Shown: piece after piece, positions 8,300-17,293 of the stretch
How the letters are laid out: each line of letters starts with the position of its first letter
How positions within the stretch are numbered: position 1 is the first letter of the stretch
NCBI GenBank assembly: GCA_018652265.1
Contig: JABICL010000039.1
Coordinates: forward strand, 7,287 to 71,286
Direction: 5' to 3'
Length of the DNA stretch: 64,000 nucleotides
Source: Candidatus Peribacteria bacterium
GTDB lineage: Bacteria > Patescibacteriota > Gracilibacteria > Peribacterales > Peribacteraceae
Notes under the pieces: model-generated
Told to the model about the DNA's origin: nothing
The model's input: the letters and a program-made list of their open reading frames with translations, nothing else
Databases searched by the model: none
Program-made: the position numbers and the translations under genes

Positions 8300-9451
8300 T
8301 TAAACTAATTTTTCCTTTCTAAGACATTCTCCAGCTTCTTTGTAGAACATAATAAGTGTTCCGAAGCTAATTAGAGATATGGCCATTCCGATTAGAAAAC
8401 CAACTACAGGGATAATTCCTAATCCAAACAATACAAATGTGCCAAGTGTGAATCTTCCAAAAGTCTTAAATTGAGATTCTGTTTTCTTTGGTGGAAATAT
8501 CATTTGCATGAGAATAAATCCAGATAGTGCATTACCTACGTATAGAAGTGTTCCCCAAAGAACAAAAGTAATTATTGCGATAGGAATCGTTATTACTGGC
8601 ATCAGAAGAACCATTCCAACTATAGGCAAGACAATTACAGACACTAGTCCTATGAGGAGCATCTTAGAATAATGCCTCTTAGTAGCGCCTTTTGCTGTTT
8701 TTGAAGGTCGTGATCCATATCTAAGTGCAAATCTATGAGCTAGAGCAATTATAAGTCCTCCAATAATTAATCTAGAAAAGAAAGAGAAAAACTTAAATCC
8801 AGCAAAGAATGCTACGGCTCCTACTTCTTTTTCTGGCAAAGAATGAAATGCTCTATTTATTTCGCCACGTACAACATTTTCAGGAACTACTACATTCATG
8901 TCTTCTGGAATAGACATATGTAAATTCCCATATATTTTTGCATCTTCACTAATTTCTAGAGAGTCATATACATTAACTTTTACATCATCAAAATATGTTC
9001 CATTTAGCACTACATGTTTTCCCATAAATCTAACTGGATCATTGAACTTGCCACTTGCAGTTAAATCTTGTCCTCCAATTATAGATTCACCTTTTATATG
9101 AACATCTGGAGAAAGCATGATGCTTTGGCCAAACATAATCACATCACCAATAACACTATTATTGATAATTATCTTAGATCCTACCGCATGTAAATCATCA
9201 CCTATTTTCCCATTTATAGTTATATTCTCTCCTGCTATAAATACATCTTCACTTATATCTGCATTTATTTGAACAGCTTCTCCTGCAAGAAATGCATCAC
9301 CTCGAATTTCTTTTGCAATCTGCACCAAGCTACCTGCAGCATAGGAATTGCCATCAGGCTCTACTTCTACAACATCACCAACCTGAAAAGATGCTGCGGA
9401 TACTAGAGAAGGGGATAAAAATAAAACTAGAGAAAAAAGAAGTTTATGCAT
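8300..9451 (-). CDS. Secreted/membrane protein with bactofilin-like beta-helix repeats and a C-terminal multi-TM region
   Basis: Start set at MHKLLFSLVLFLSPSLVSAAS (signal peptide). Repeated D(V/A)F(I/L)AGE..(I/T)IN..I.(D)D motifs. Four to five hydrophobic helices at the C-terminus. Confidence 0.45.
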   Translation of the reverse strand: MHKLLFSLVLFLSPSLVSAASFQVGDVVEVEPDGNSYAAGSLVQIAKEIRGDAFLAGEAVQINADISEDVFIAGENITINGKIGDDLHAVGSKIIINNSVIGDVIMFGQSIMLSPDVHIKGESIIGGQDLTASGKFNDPVRFMGKHVVLNGTYFDDVKVNVYDSLEISEDAKIYGNLHMSIPEDMNVVVPENVVRGEINRAFHSLPEKEVGAVAFFAGFKFFSFFSRLIIGGLIIALAHRFALRYGSRPSKTAKGATKRHYSKMLLIGLVSVIVLPIVGMVLLMPVITIPIAIITFVLWGTLLYVGNALSGFILMQMIFPPKKTESQFKTFGRFTLGTFVLFGLGIIPVVGFLIGMAISLISFGTLIMFYKEAGECLRKEKLV

Positions 9452-9523
9452 AATGGATACAATTTTAGTAGATAATTGAAATATAGCCAACCTATGTTTT
9501 TTATAAAGCTCAACTAGATAGTA

Positions 9524-9591
9524 CCCCTTCGTCCGCCTGCGGCGAACTTCGGAACACGCCCGCCTACGCCAAGGCTTCGGTGGGCAGGCAG
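9524..9591. repeat. GC-rich CTTCG-type intergenic element (D-like)
   Basis: CCCCTTCGTCCGCCTGCGGCGAACTTCGGAACACGCCCGCCTACGCCAAGGCTTCGGTGGGCAGGCAG. GCCTGC/GCAGGC form an outer stem. It shares the CTTCGTCC start with D1 and D2. Confidence 0.5.
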
Positions 9592-9609
9592 TATCTTGCG
9601 ACTCAACTG

Positions 9610-9685
9610 TGGTGGCCCAGGTCGGGTTCGAACCGACGACACCTCGCTCTTCAAGCGAGTGCTCTACCAGCTGAGCTACCGGGCC
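9610..9685 (-). tRNA. tRNA-Phe (anticodon GAA), CCA encoded
   Basis: Reverse complement is GGCCCGGTAGCTCAGCTGGTAGAGCACTCGCTTGAAGAGCGAGGTGTCGTCGGTTCGAACCCGACCTGGGCCACCA. Confidence 0.9.
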
Positions 9686-9713
9686 TTGCTAATAGTATAA
9701 TGGAGGAAAATGT

Positions 9714-9741
9714 TTGCCACAAACAATGCAATGACTATAAT
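9714..9741 (+). promoter_or_regulatory. Sigma-70-type promoter giving a leaderless or near-leaderless mRNA for 9750..10079
   Basis: TTGCCA (9714-9719), 16-nt spacer, TATAAT (9736-9741), then only 8 nt before the ATG at 9750. Confidence 0.55.
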
Positions 9742-9749
9742 CGAGTACT

Positions 9750-10079
9750 ATGTCTGATGTCGATTCAAATCTTGAGGCTGATCTCTTGGCAGATGCTATG
9801 CAAAATCTAGAGTCATTTGAGAGAATGTACGGTGAATCGGATATTTGGGAAAGGTTTATACGCCTAATAGTATATCTTTCAATTAAAAATTACAGAGATG
9901 AGATAAATGATACCATCAGAAATATGACAGATCGTCGGTATGGGGATGGTCCTGATTCAGAAGCACAAACAAGGATTGTCGATAGAAATCCAAAAATATA
10001 TTATAAGCGCTATATTGGTATACGTATGAGAGAACTATTTGATCGTGTTGCAGAAAGATATGAACGTATTGATAGATAG
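9750..10079 (+). CDS. Hypothetical protein
   Basis: 109-aa ORF with a good promoter immediately upstream. No family recognised. Confidence 0.4.
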   Translation: MSDVDSNLEADLLADAMQNLESFERMYGESDIWERFIRLIVYLSIKNYRDEINDTIRNMTDRRYGDGPDSEAQTRIVDRNPKIYYKRYIGIRMRELFDRVAERYERIDR

Positions 10080-10134
10080 AAGTATCAATTCCTGCACAAA
10101 TTAGCTCCATTTTTTAAAAAACCCACACAAATAA

Positions 10135-10162
10135 TTGACTAGAATTTAATCAGTCGTAGAAT
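10135..10162 (+). promoter_or_regulatory. Sigma-70-type promoter, near-leaderless, for 10170..10358
   Basis: TTGACT (10135-10140), 16-nt spacer, TAGAAT (10157-10162), then 7 nt before the ATG at 10170. Confidence 0.55.
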
Positions 10163-10169
10163 CTTCGCA

Positions 10170-10358
10170 ATGTGTAATAACCCACCAGAACAGCCAATAA
10201 CTGAAGAGCTAGTATCATGCGAAGGACCAGAAGTAAAAGAAGGTTCCGATGATGCAAAGCCAGAAGTAAAAGAAAATTCCGATGATGGAAAAGTTGAGAA
10301 AAATACTCAGCCAGATCCAGCAGTTCTTTCATTCCTCGCAAGATCAAGCAGATGGTAA
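10170..10358 (+). CDS. Small acidic hypothetical protein with a 33-bp tandem duplication (PEVKEGSDDAK/PEVKENSDDGK)
   Basis: 62-aa ORF behind a consensus promoter. It ends 5 nt before the permease gene fragment. Coding status is uncertain. Confidence 0.25.
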   Translation: MCNNPPEQPITEELVSCEGPEVKEGSDDAKPEVKENSDDGKVEKNTQPDPAVLSFLARSSRW

Positions 10359-10362
10359 TAAT

Positions 10363-10487
10363 CTAACTAGACCTACTCTCACGAAAAGCTCGATCTACCT
10401 CTTCCATTTCTTCATCATCCATCTCATCCTCTGCATCAAGCAGGAGATTTCAAATGAACTTCTTTTGTATCTCTGCTTTGAATATTA
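10363..10487 (-). pseudogene. Duplicated 3' fragment of the low-affinity iron permease gene (13507..13899)
   Basis: 10363-10450 matches 13507-13594 at 86/88 positions. After a ~38-nt deletion, homology continues to ~10487. There is no start codon and the frame is broken. Confidence 0.85.
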
Positions 10488-10535
10488 AGGTCCAATTGGT
10501 TTACAATTGGTCTGTTTCTGATAAATTGCCATTTA

Positions 10536-13502
10536 ATGTTCAGATTCCCCAAAAATAGCATGAAATACTACATGACATATTTTTTTGCATTTGCAATTTT
10601 ATTTATTCCTCTAGCTAGCGAAGCAGTTACTGGCACTGCAACATTTATTCCTTGTGAAGGAGATGATTGTATTGGAGAGCTTTTTCTTACAGTTGAGCCA
10701 CGAGAAAACCATGTAAGTATCGAACCAGGAGCAACTGATGTAGAAGTATTTCGCATGAAAGCCAAATCAACGAAGGTTGAGCTTCTTCTTGGGGATTTAA
10801 ATCTACGCACAAGTCGTGGAGACATAGAAATGGCAGATAGCTATGACCTTTGGGTAGATACAGATAATAATGGAACTGTTGATCAAATTATTGATCGTGA
10901 TGGATTTATCAATACATCCAGAAATGCTGTGTCATTCGCAAGCCCAGAAGCTGGATGGTATACAGTTCCTTTCACAGATGTTTGGATAGTGGTACTTGCA
11001 GATATTGCAGATGATGTCCAAGGAGATGAGCTTCAATTAGAACTTGATACCAGTTTAAACAAATTCGTTTTATCTGAACATGCTCATGATGGCTTTGATA
11101 TTAATGGAATTGAACTTGATGGTAATTGTTCAGAGAATAAGTGTTTTCTACATGTAGAAACGGCTGATTCTGTTGTCTTACAATTTGCATCCTCTTGTAC
11201 AGAAACAGATAACGGAGCAGATAAAAATGTGAAAGGATCTGTAACTGCTAATGGACAAACCAAAACAGATTATTGCGAAGATAACCGAACTATTGTGGAA
11301 TATTCCTGTTTATTGAATGGAGCAATTATGGAAAGTGGAACACATTGCGATGGTGAGTGTGATGATGGAAGATGTGTAGAAGCAACACAGGTTTTCTCTG
11401 CTGTAGAACTCAATGTTACTTCACCAGCAGATCAAAGAATTGATGCTGTTATGGGACAGAAGAATATTGCAGCTCTAACATTTACAATTGAAAGTCGTAG
11501 CGATAAAACTTCATTCGACGGCCTTCGAATAAAAACAAAGCAAGGATGGGCTGATGATGCAAAATTTACTCTATTTGTAGATACAAATCGTGATGGCATT
11601 GGGGATCTTCCTCTTTCAACTGGTAAATCAAATGGCTCAAGAGAAGTGACATTTGATTTTGTCAGATCTCCATATGTTATACAAATAAATAGAACTGATA
11701 CATTTACTGTAAAGGCAAATTTAGATCCAAAGGTTCCTGTCGACATTCTACAAGTCATAATTGATGCAGTAGTAATGAGTAGTCCAGATTCTGGAATACA
11801 ACTTAATTCGGATAATCTATCAGTCAATAATACCAATGGACCGGTGATTTACATCGCAACGGTTCCTGGAAACGAAGGCAGTGTTGCCGTAAAACTTTTT
11901 CCACCATCAAGATTATATGTTGGAGATAAGGATGAACGAATACTACTTATGCGTTTTAATATAGATGATAAAGAAGATCAGACTTTTTACAGCATCACAT
12001 TATTTAATCAAGGAAATGCTCGAGATGGATCTCTTAGTAATATGACAATATATAGAGAAGGAAATGATGGGAAGCTTACGAACACGGTATCTGCATTTCA
12101 AAATGGAAAAGCAATTTTTACCTTCGATATACCCTTCACAGTTCTTGCAGGAGATTTGATCAGATTCGAGATTCGAGGTGACATTAGTGATGGAGGAGGA
12201 AAGACATTTGTTCCTTTATTTAGAAGTACCGATGGAGTTATTGCTGCAGGATCCATATATGGTTATACAAGTGGTAGCAGCCAAATAAATCCTTCTGAAA
12301 TAATTTACGAAAACAATTCTATTTCTACCCCTATTATTGGAGACAGCGAAGAAGAGGAATCTGATGAAACACAATCAGGAGGCACTCAAGAATCATCATC
12401 TCCATCATCTTCTGAATCTACTTCAGATAATAATAATTTACCTCTTATAACTCAAAATTATATAAAAGGCTATGAGCTTGATGTTGTAACGCCATCTGAC
12501 CAAGTAAATTGGTTTACAGATACAGACACTTTAAATAGCGAAGGAGAATCTGCAAATGTACTAGCACGTCTTGGTATAATAGGCGGATATCCTGACGGAG
12601 AATTTAAAGGATGGAAAGCGGTTAATAGAGCAGAAGCTGCAAAATTTATCCTTTATTCTAGATATGACAGAATTAGTAATATGAAAAATAATGATCGCTT
12701 TCCTGATGTCGTATCTGGAGAATGGTATGAAAAATTTGTAATGTTTGCCGAAAGACAGGGGATTATAAAAGGACATGATGATGGCTATTTCCGACCTGCA
12801 GACGGAGTAAATACAGCAGAATTTCTAGCAATGCTGCAGCGCGCATTTGGCCTTTCTTTTGATTTACCACAACAATATGAGGATGTCCCATCAAGTGCCT
12901 GGTATAACAATCTTGCCGGCATAGCAATTGAGTACAATCTATTTCCCGATAGAGCAACTCACCTAAATCCTGGCGCGCCTTTAACCAGAAAAGAAGTAGC
13001 TATTGCCATAAACAATCTTTTAACTGAATTGAATGAAATAAATCAATCAATGATTCGCTCAGTGGACCTTGGTCTTAGGGTAAATATGCCAGGATCTGTT
13101 CAGCGTTTTAGCAGCTTAGTTTTACAAGAAGCAATAAGCGGAGATGCTATGTACTACACACAATTGGATATTTTTCTTAGTACAGATAATTATGCTTTAT
13201 CTACCGGAAGCTTACCTGATCAAATTATTTACACTGGATCAGAAGAAGAACTTACGAGGATGTTAAATATGTCGATAGCTGGAATATCAGGCGGTAGCTT
13301 GATTTCACATTCTTTTGAGGAACATCAAGGATATCCTTCAATAAAATATTCGTTTAGTGGATTAGAAAATGGCATCCGAAAAGAGCACAGAGGATTTATA
13401 GTAGTTTCCAAGAGTCGTGTATATACACTTATTACAACTCCAGACCAAAGCGATGATTATTTCTCATCATTCGTAATACTTCCTGGAATTTTAAAGCCAT
13501 AA
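10536..13502 (+). CDS. Large secreted surface protein with three C-terminal-half SLH domains
   Basis: 988 aa. Signal-peptide-like MKYYMTYFFAFAILFIPLASEA. SLH motifs: LARLGIIGGYPDGEFKGWKAVNRAEAAKF, FPDVVSGEWYEKFVMFAERQGIIKGHDDGYFRPADGVNTAEFLAML and YEDVPSSAWYNNLAGIAIEYNLF...LTRKEVAIAI. Confidence 0.8.
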   Translation: MFRFPKNSMKYYMTYFFAFAILFIPLASEAVTGTATFIPCEGDDCIGELFLTVEPRENHVSIEPGATDVEVFRMKAKSTKVELLLGDLNLRTSRGDIEMADSYDLWVDTDNNGTVDQIIDRDGFINTSRNAVSFASPEAGWYTVPFTDVWIVVLADIADDVQGDELQLELDTSLNKFVLSEHAHDGFDINGIELDGNCSENKCFLHVETADSVVLQFASSCTETDNGADKNVKGSVTANGQTKTDYCEDNRTIVEYSCLLNGAIMESGTHCDGECDDGRCVEATQVFSAVELNVTSPADQRIDAVMGQKNIAALTFTIESRSDKTSFDGLRIKTKQGWADDAKFTLFVDTNRDGIGDLPLSTGKSNGSREVTFDFVRSPYVIQINRTDTFTVKANLDPKVPVDILQVIIDAVVMSSPDSGIQLNSDNLSVNNTNGPVIYIATVPGNEGSVAVKLFPPSRLYVGDKDERILLMRFNIDDKEDQTFYSITLFNQGNARDGSLSNMTIYREGNDGKLTNTVSAFQNGKAIFTFDIPFTVLAGDLIRFEIRGDISDGGGKTFVPLFRSTDGVIAAGSIYGYTSGSSQINPSEIIYENNSISTPIIGDSEEEESDETQSGGTQESSSPSSSESTSDNNNLPLITQNYIKGYELDVVTPSDQVNWFTDTDTLNSEGESANVLARLGIIGGYPDGEFKGWKAVNRAEAAKFILYSRYDRISNMKNNDRFPDVVSGEWYEKFVMFAERQGIIKGHDDGYFRPADGVNTAEFLAMLQRAFGLSFDLPQQYEDVPSSAWYNNLAGIAIEYNLFPDRATHLNPGAPLTRKEVAIAINNLLTELNEINQSMIRSVDLGLRVNMPGSVQRFSSLVLQEAISGDAMYYTQLDIFLSTDNYALSTGSLPDQIIYTGSEEELTRMLNMSIAGISGGSLISHSFEEHQGYPSIKYSFSGLENGIRKEHRGFIVVSKSRVYTLITTPDQSDDYFSSFVILPGILKP

Positions 13503-13506
13503 GTTA

Positions 13507-13899
13507 CTAACTAGACCTACTCTCACGAAAAGCTCGATCTACCTCTTCCATTTCTTCATCATCCATCTCATCCTCTGCATCCAGCAGAAGATTTCTTGCG
13601 TCTTCGTTTACAGCGATTAATTCATCTAATTTAAGATGAACTGCTTTTGTGTCTCTGTTCTGAGTATTCTGAAGTAGGAACACCATCAGAAAAGTAACTA
13701 TCGTGGTACTTGTATTTATCACAAGCTGCCAAGTATTGCTGTAATCAAATAATGGTCCAGAAATGAACCATACAAAAACAAAAAGACATGCACCCATAAA
13801 GGTCCACGAGGATCCAACTACTTTTCCAATCTTCTGAGAGACCTTACGAAAAAGCTTTGTAATAGGATTCACGCCCTTTTTTGTTCCATTTGTTTCCAT
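13507..13899 (-). CDS. Low-affinity iron permease family (Fet4-like, PF04120-type) membrane protein
   Basis: 130 aa. SSWTFMGACLFVFVWFISGPLFDYSNTWQLVINTSTTIVTFLMVFLLQNTQNRDTKAVHLKLDELI is the family signature. Confidence 0.75.
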   Translation of the reverse strand: METNGTKKGVNPITKLFRKVSQKIGKVVGSSWTFMGACLFVFVWFISGPLFDYSNTWQLVINTSTTIVTFLMVFLLQNTQNRDTKAVHLKLDELIAVNEDARNLLLDAEDEMDDEEMEEVDRAFRESRSS

Positions 13900-13971
13900 A
13901 TGAGTTTTATTTTTTATTTCACGTACATTATAACATTTTTTAGGCCATATGTGAATATCTATTGTAGCCCG

Positions 13972-14086
13972 CCGCTCACGTGCTTAAGGTGGTATATGCG
14001 ACGAAATCGACGTAACCCATCACCGTTTATTACTTATCAGAGGTTTCGGATCGATTTCTTACGCAAAATACCACCTGCACGCTTGC
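13972..14086 (-). repeat. Family A repeat, copy A2 (centre type 1)
   Basis: Same as A1, but with the paired arm change GGTGGTAT / ATACCACC instead of GGCGGTAT / ATACCGCC. Confidence 0.9.
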
Positions 14087-14176
14087 TGCCCGGCATGTTC
14101 ATGCTGCTTGCCGACCGAAGCATATTGTTCCCAAAAACCGCTATTTCTGGTAAAATAGACAGATTTATACAACTTT

Positions 14177-16387
14177 ATGAACCTAAATAGATTTACTTCC
14201 ATATCGGCAAAGGGAATCGCATCAATCATGTTTATATTGATTGGACTGATGGTGGGAATAAGTATGCCAGCAAATACTGCTATTTCTCCAGCTTATGGAC
14301 AAAGCAGTGAATCATCTGAGTACTATGAAGAAGAGGAATATGATGAGGAAGAGGAATACTCAGAAGAAGAAAGTTACGAAGAAGAATATGATTCATCTGA
14401 AACATCAGAAGAATATTCTGAAGAGGAGGAATATGAGGAAGAATATGATGAGGAAGAGGAATACTCAGAAGAAGAAAGTTACGAAGAAGAATATGATTCA
14501 TCTGAAGAATCTTACGAAGAAGAGTGCTACGATTCAGATGAATACTACGATGACGAGTGCTACGATTCAGATGAATACTACGACGAAGACTCAGACATAA
14601 TTTGTGGAGATGACTATTGTGATTCTATGTCTGGAGAGAGCTGCTCAAACTGTGGACAAGACTGCGGTGCTTGCCCTTCGATTTGTGGAGATGGCGCATG
14701 TAATTCAAACGAAAGCTGTAGTACATGCTCAGCAGATTGCGGCGCTTGCCGCGAACCATGTGGAAACAATGTATGTAATGAACTTTCTGGAGAAAAATGT
14801 AGTAACTGTCCACAGGATTGTGGAGAATGCAAAGATATAGCTCCTCCGACCATAAACATATGTGGAGACAATGTATGTCAGCAAACAGAAACAAAAACTA
14901 GCTGCCCAATTGATTGTGCTCCAGTAGCAACAGTCGCTTGTGGAGATAATGTGTGTACTGGGCAAGAAACATGTGGAAACTGCATGCAAGATTGCGGATT
15001 TTGTACTCCTGCTAGACCAGCTGATCTCACACAAGTAAATACATGTGGAGATAATGTATGTCACATACTTTCAGAAGATTGTAATTCTTGTTCAGAAGAT
15101 TGTGGATCATGCGGTTCATCTCTAGGTAATGTAGGAGGCATTGCTATAAGCGTAAAAGATGCGAGGCAACAAGCAGAGCGCATTGGAAATCTTATGCAGA
15201 TAGATCAAAGCCTTGCAGAAAGAATTAGCGAAAAATATGCAGAACAAATACAGGAGCTAAAAACTAGAGAAGATGATCAAGTGGCACTTAGCACTAAGGA
15301 AAAAAGGCAATTAGTAAAATTGACATCGGAAATAGGAAAGGCAACTAGAGACGAAGCAGATGAAATGAGATTTTTGGTAGCAAAAGGAGTTTTAGATAAT
15401 CCTACAGTATTATCATTACTTTACACTTTGCCAGGAAGAGAGGACCTCATGGCAGCAGCAAATTCAGGAGATATAGAAACTGTTATACGACTTATGCCAG
15501 AGGGAAATGCAGATATTGCAGAAATAAGTAGAAAAATTACTGTGATAGAAGATGGATTCCCTGACATCGTAGAAGAAATAGAAACAAACGAAGAAATATC
15601 TTTGATATTAAAAGCATTTGCATCTCATGTAGGGGAAAGCGAGGAAGAAGATGTAAAAATTAAATTTAAAAGATCTGTATCTCTACTTGGCAAAATGCGT
15701 GCCAAGGCAGCAGATCCAAATGAAAAATTGCCAGATCTAGAAGAAAGGCTTAATTATTTGATAGATAGAAGAAATTCAATATCAGGAATAATTGGTATCG
15801 CAAGTGATAATGTCGAAAATGATTTAGGAAAAGTAAAAGGAGAAGTAAGAGGAACGTTGACATCTGGAAATCCCAACAAAACTGAAAAACTTCTTAATCT
15901 TTCTGGAATATTTGAATACATACGATCTACTGCAAATTTTGAAACTCTGGAAAAAAGATTTACAAATGCCAAAGGAAGCATGAGATCTGGTATGGGTAAA
16001 TTAATTGCAATATTTACATTTGGCGGTGCTCCAGAGGCAGAGGCAGCAGAAATTCTGTCGGAAGAAGGCAATACTGATATGTTGCAAGCAGTCAAAGAAG
16101 ATAATGTTGAAAAACAAAAGGAATCTATAAGATTACTACTTTCTTCTAACATAAAAAATCTGGAGCCAGTTCTTTCAAAAATAAGTGAAGCTGAAAAACA
16201 ATCATTTAATGAAAAGATAGAAGCATGGCAAACAAAACTAGATTCAGCTCAAACACCAAGTGATATGAGTGTTTTACTTGGTGAACTGCAAACATATCTA
16301 GATGAGACAGAAGCTATTGCACGCGAAAAGAATGGGTGTTTCAAAAGAACTATGTACTTTATTCATGATTTCTTCGGGAAAAACTAA
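14177..16387 (+). CDS. Secreted protein: acidic E/Y/S low-complexity region, six CGDxxC...C..C..DCGxC cysteine-rich repeats, long helical C-terminal region
   Basis: 736 aa. N-terminal TM/signal IASIMFILIGLMVGISMPANTA. Repeats such as ICGDDYCDSMSGESCSNCGQDCGAC and ACGDNVCTGQETCGNCMQDCGFC. Confidence 0.7.
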   Translation: MNLNRFTSISAKGIASIMFILIGLMVGISMPANTAISPAYGQSSESSEYYEEEEYDEEEEYSEEESYEEEYDSSETSEEYSEEEEYEEEYDEEEEYSEEESYEEEYDSSEESYEEECYDSDEYYDDECYDSDEYYDEDSDIICGDDYCDSMSGESCSNCGQDCGACPSICGDGACNSNESCSTCSADCGACREPCGNNVCNELSGEKCSNCPQDCGECKDIAPPTINICGDNVCQQTETKTSCPIDCAPVATVACGDNVCTGQETCGNCMQDCGFCTPARPADLTQVNTCGDNVCHILSEDCNSCSEDCGSCGSSLGNVGGIAISVKDARQQAERIGNLMQIDQSLAERISEKYAEQIQELKTREDDQVALSTKEKRQLVKLTSEIGKATRDEADEMRFLVAKGVLDNPTVLSLLYTLPGREDLMAAANSGDIETVIRLMPEGNADIAEISRKITVIEDGFPDIVEEIETNEEISLILKAFASHVGESEEEDVKIKFKRSVSLLGKMRAKAADPNEKLPDLEERLNYLIDRRNSISGIIGIASDNVENDLGKVKGEVRGTLTSGNPNKTEKLLNLSGIFEYIRSTANFETLEKRFTNAKGSMRSGMGKLIAIFTFGGAPEAEAAEILSEEGNTDMLQAVKEDNVEKQKESIRLLLSSNIKNLEPVLSKISEAEKQSFNEKIEAWQTKLDSAQTPSDMSVLLGELQTYLDETEAIAREKNGCFKRTMYFIHDFFGKN
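14336..14590 (+). repeat. In-frame coding tandem repeats
   Basis: A perfect 66-bp repeat at 14336-14401 and 14441-14506 (105-bp period), and a 33-bp tandem pair at 14525-14557 / 14558-14590 (TGCTACGATTCAGATGAATACTACGA...). Confidence 0.9.
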
Positions 16388-16414
16388 TAATTCATATGAA
16401 CAATATTAAGAACA

Positions 16415-16498
16415 ATGACGGCGTAGCGGAATCGATATTCAACTTTAGTGATATAACAAAAATAAATCAGTATTTTTTTAAACGCGAAGACGCATAAT
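16415..16498 (+). repeat. Family E intergenic element, copy E1
   Basis: ATGACGGCGTAGCGGAATCG, 40 nt, then TTTTTAAACGCGAAGACGCATAAT. The second copy is at 37704-37782. It ends at the start codon of 16497..17291. Confidence 0.75.
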
Positions 16499-17291
16499 GA
16501 GCACAAACCAAGCTCCAAATCCGGCAGTAGAAAGAGATGATCTGGAAGAATCTGAGGACATGCTGTTTGATTTCTTCGACTTCTTCGATAAAACTGTGGA
16601 TGATTTATATGCATATGTTATTAATCGAATAGAAGAAGAGCAGGTAGCAGAAGATACTGTAGCTGACCTTTATTTCTCTCTAATACAGAGACGTAGATTC
16701 TTCTGGTGGAGAAAAGTAGTACAAATTTCTACATTACTTCTTATCGCAGACAAAAAGATAAGATCTATGGACAAAACCAGAAAGTCTATGAAGAGCGAAG
16801 TATTTGATGAGGCAAGCCTGGAATCATTCTTGGGGAATATAAATCCTGTACAACTTTCTGAAGTCAAAAAGGCTCAGATGAGAACACAGCTATTACAAAG
16901 ATACAGAGAATCCCAAATGAGTAGCATAAAATTTGTACCAGCCCTAACTACTGCTAGTGCTGCTGTAGGATGTTTTATGATATTTAGTTCAGTACTTACA
17001 AACCCAGTATCTGTAGGCAGTACAAGCAAGCAAGTAGCTGCCGCACAGGTATTACTAATGGATCAGCAAATTGAATATCACGAGAAATTCATAGAAGCAG
17101 AAGACAGTCTAAAGGGAATAGCTGCACACTTTGCAGAAAAGGATTTAGCAAAAATAACTTTGGATCTTGCTCCACAAGCACTACAAATACAGATGAAACA
17201 AGAAAGAGAAATGGGGACTCTTCTTAGAGGCATGAGCAAGAAGGCGTTGCTATCTTCTATAGAAGAATCTGTAAAACTTGCGATGAGGTAA
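16497..17291 (+). CDS. Hypothetical membrane protein (weak sigma-70 region-2-like N-terminus, one TM)
   Basis: 264 aa. DDLYAYVINRIEEEQVAEDTVADLYFSL loosely resembles ECF sigma region 2. TM segment at ALTTASAAVGCFMIFSSVL. Confidence 0.4.
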   Translation: MSTNQAPNPAVERDDLEESEDMLFDFFDFFDKTVDDLYAYVINRIEEEQVAEDTVADLYFSLIQRRRFFWWRKVVQISTLLLIADKKIRSMDKTRKSMKSEVFDEASLESFLGNINPVQLSEVKKAQMRTQLLQRYRESQMSSIKFVPALTTASAAVGCFMIFSSVLTNPVSVGSTSKQVAAAQVLLMDQQIEYHEKFIEAEDSLKGIAAHFAEKDLAKITLDLAPQALQIQMKQEREMGTLLRGMSKKALLSSIEESVKLAMR

Positions 17292-17293
17292 AT

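Noticed and set aside
14280-15064. Multiple overlapping ORFs on both strands across the acidic and Cys-rich region of 14177..16387. The same applies to antisense ORFs inside other long genes, for example 47265..47615, 56792..57082 and 58401..58988.
   Set aside because: These are shadow frames of low-complexity or strongly biased coding sequence. The sense ORFs have recognisable domains or signal peptides.
10536-16387. A diversity-generating retroelement targeting the large surface proteins.
   Set aside because: There is no reverse transcriptase gene and no template/variable repeat pair with adenine-specific mismatches. The only long duplicate here (10363 versus 13507) is a gene-fragment duplication.
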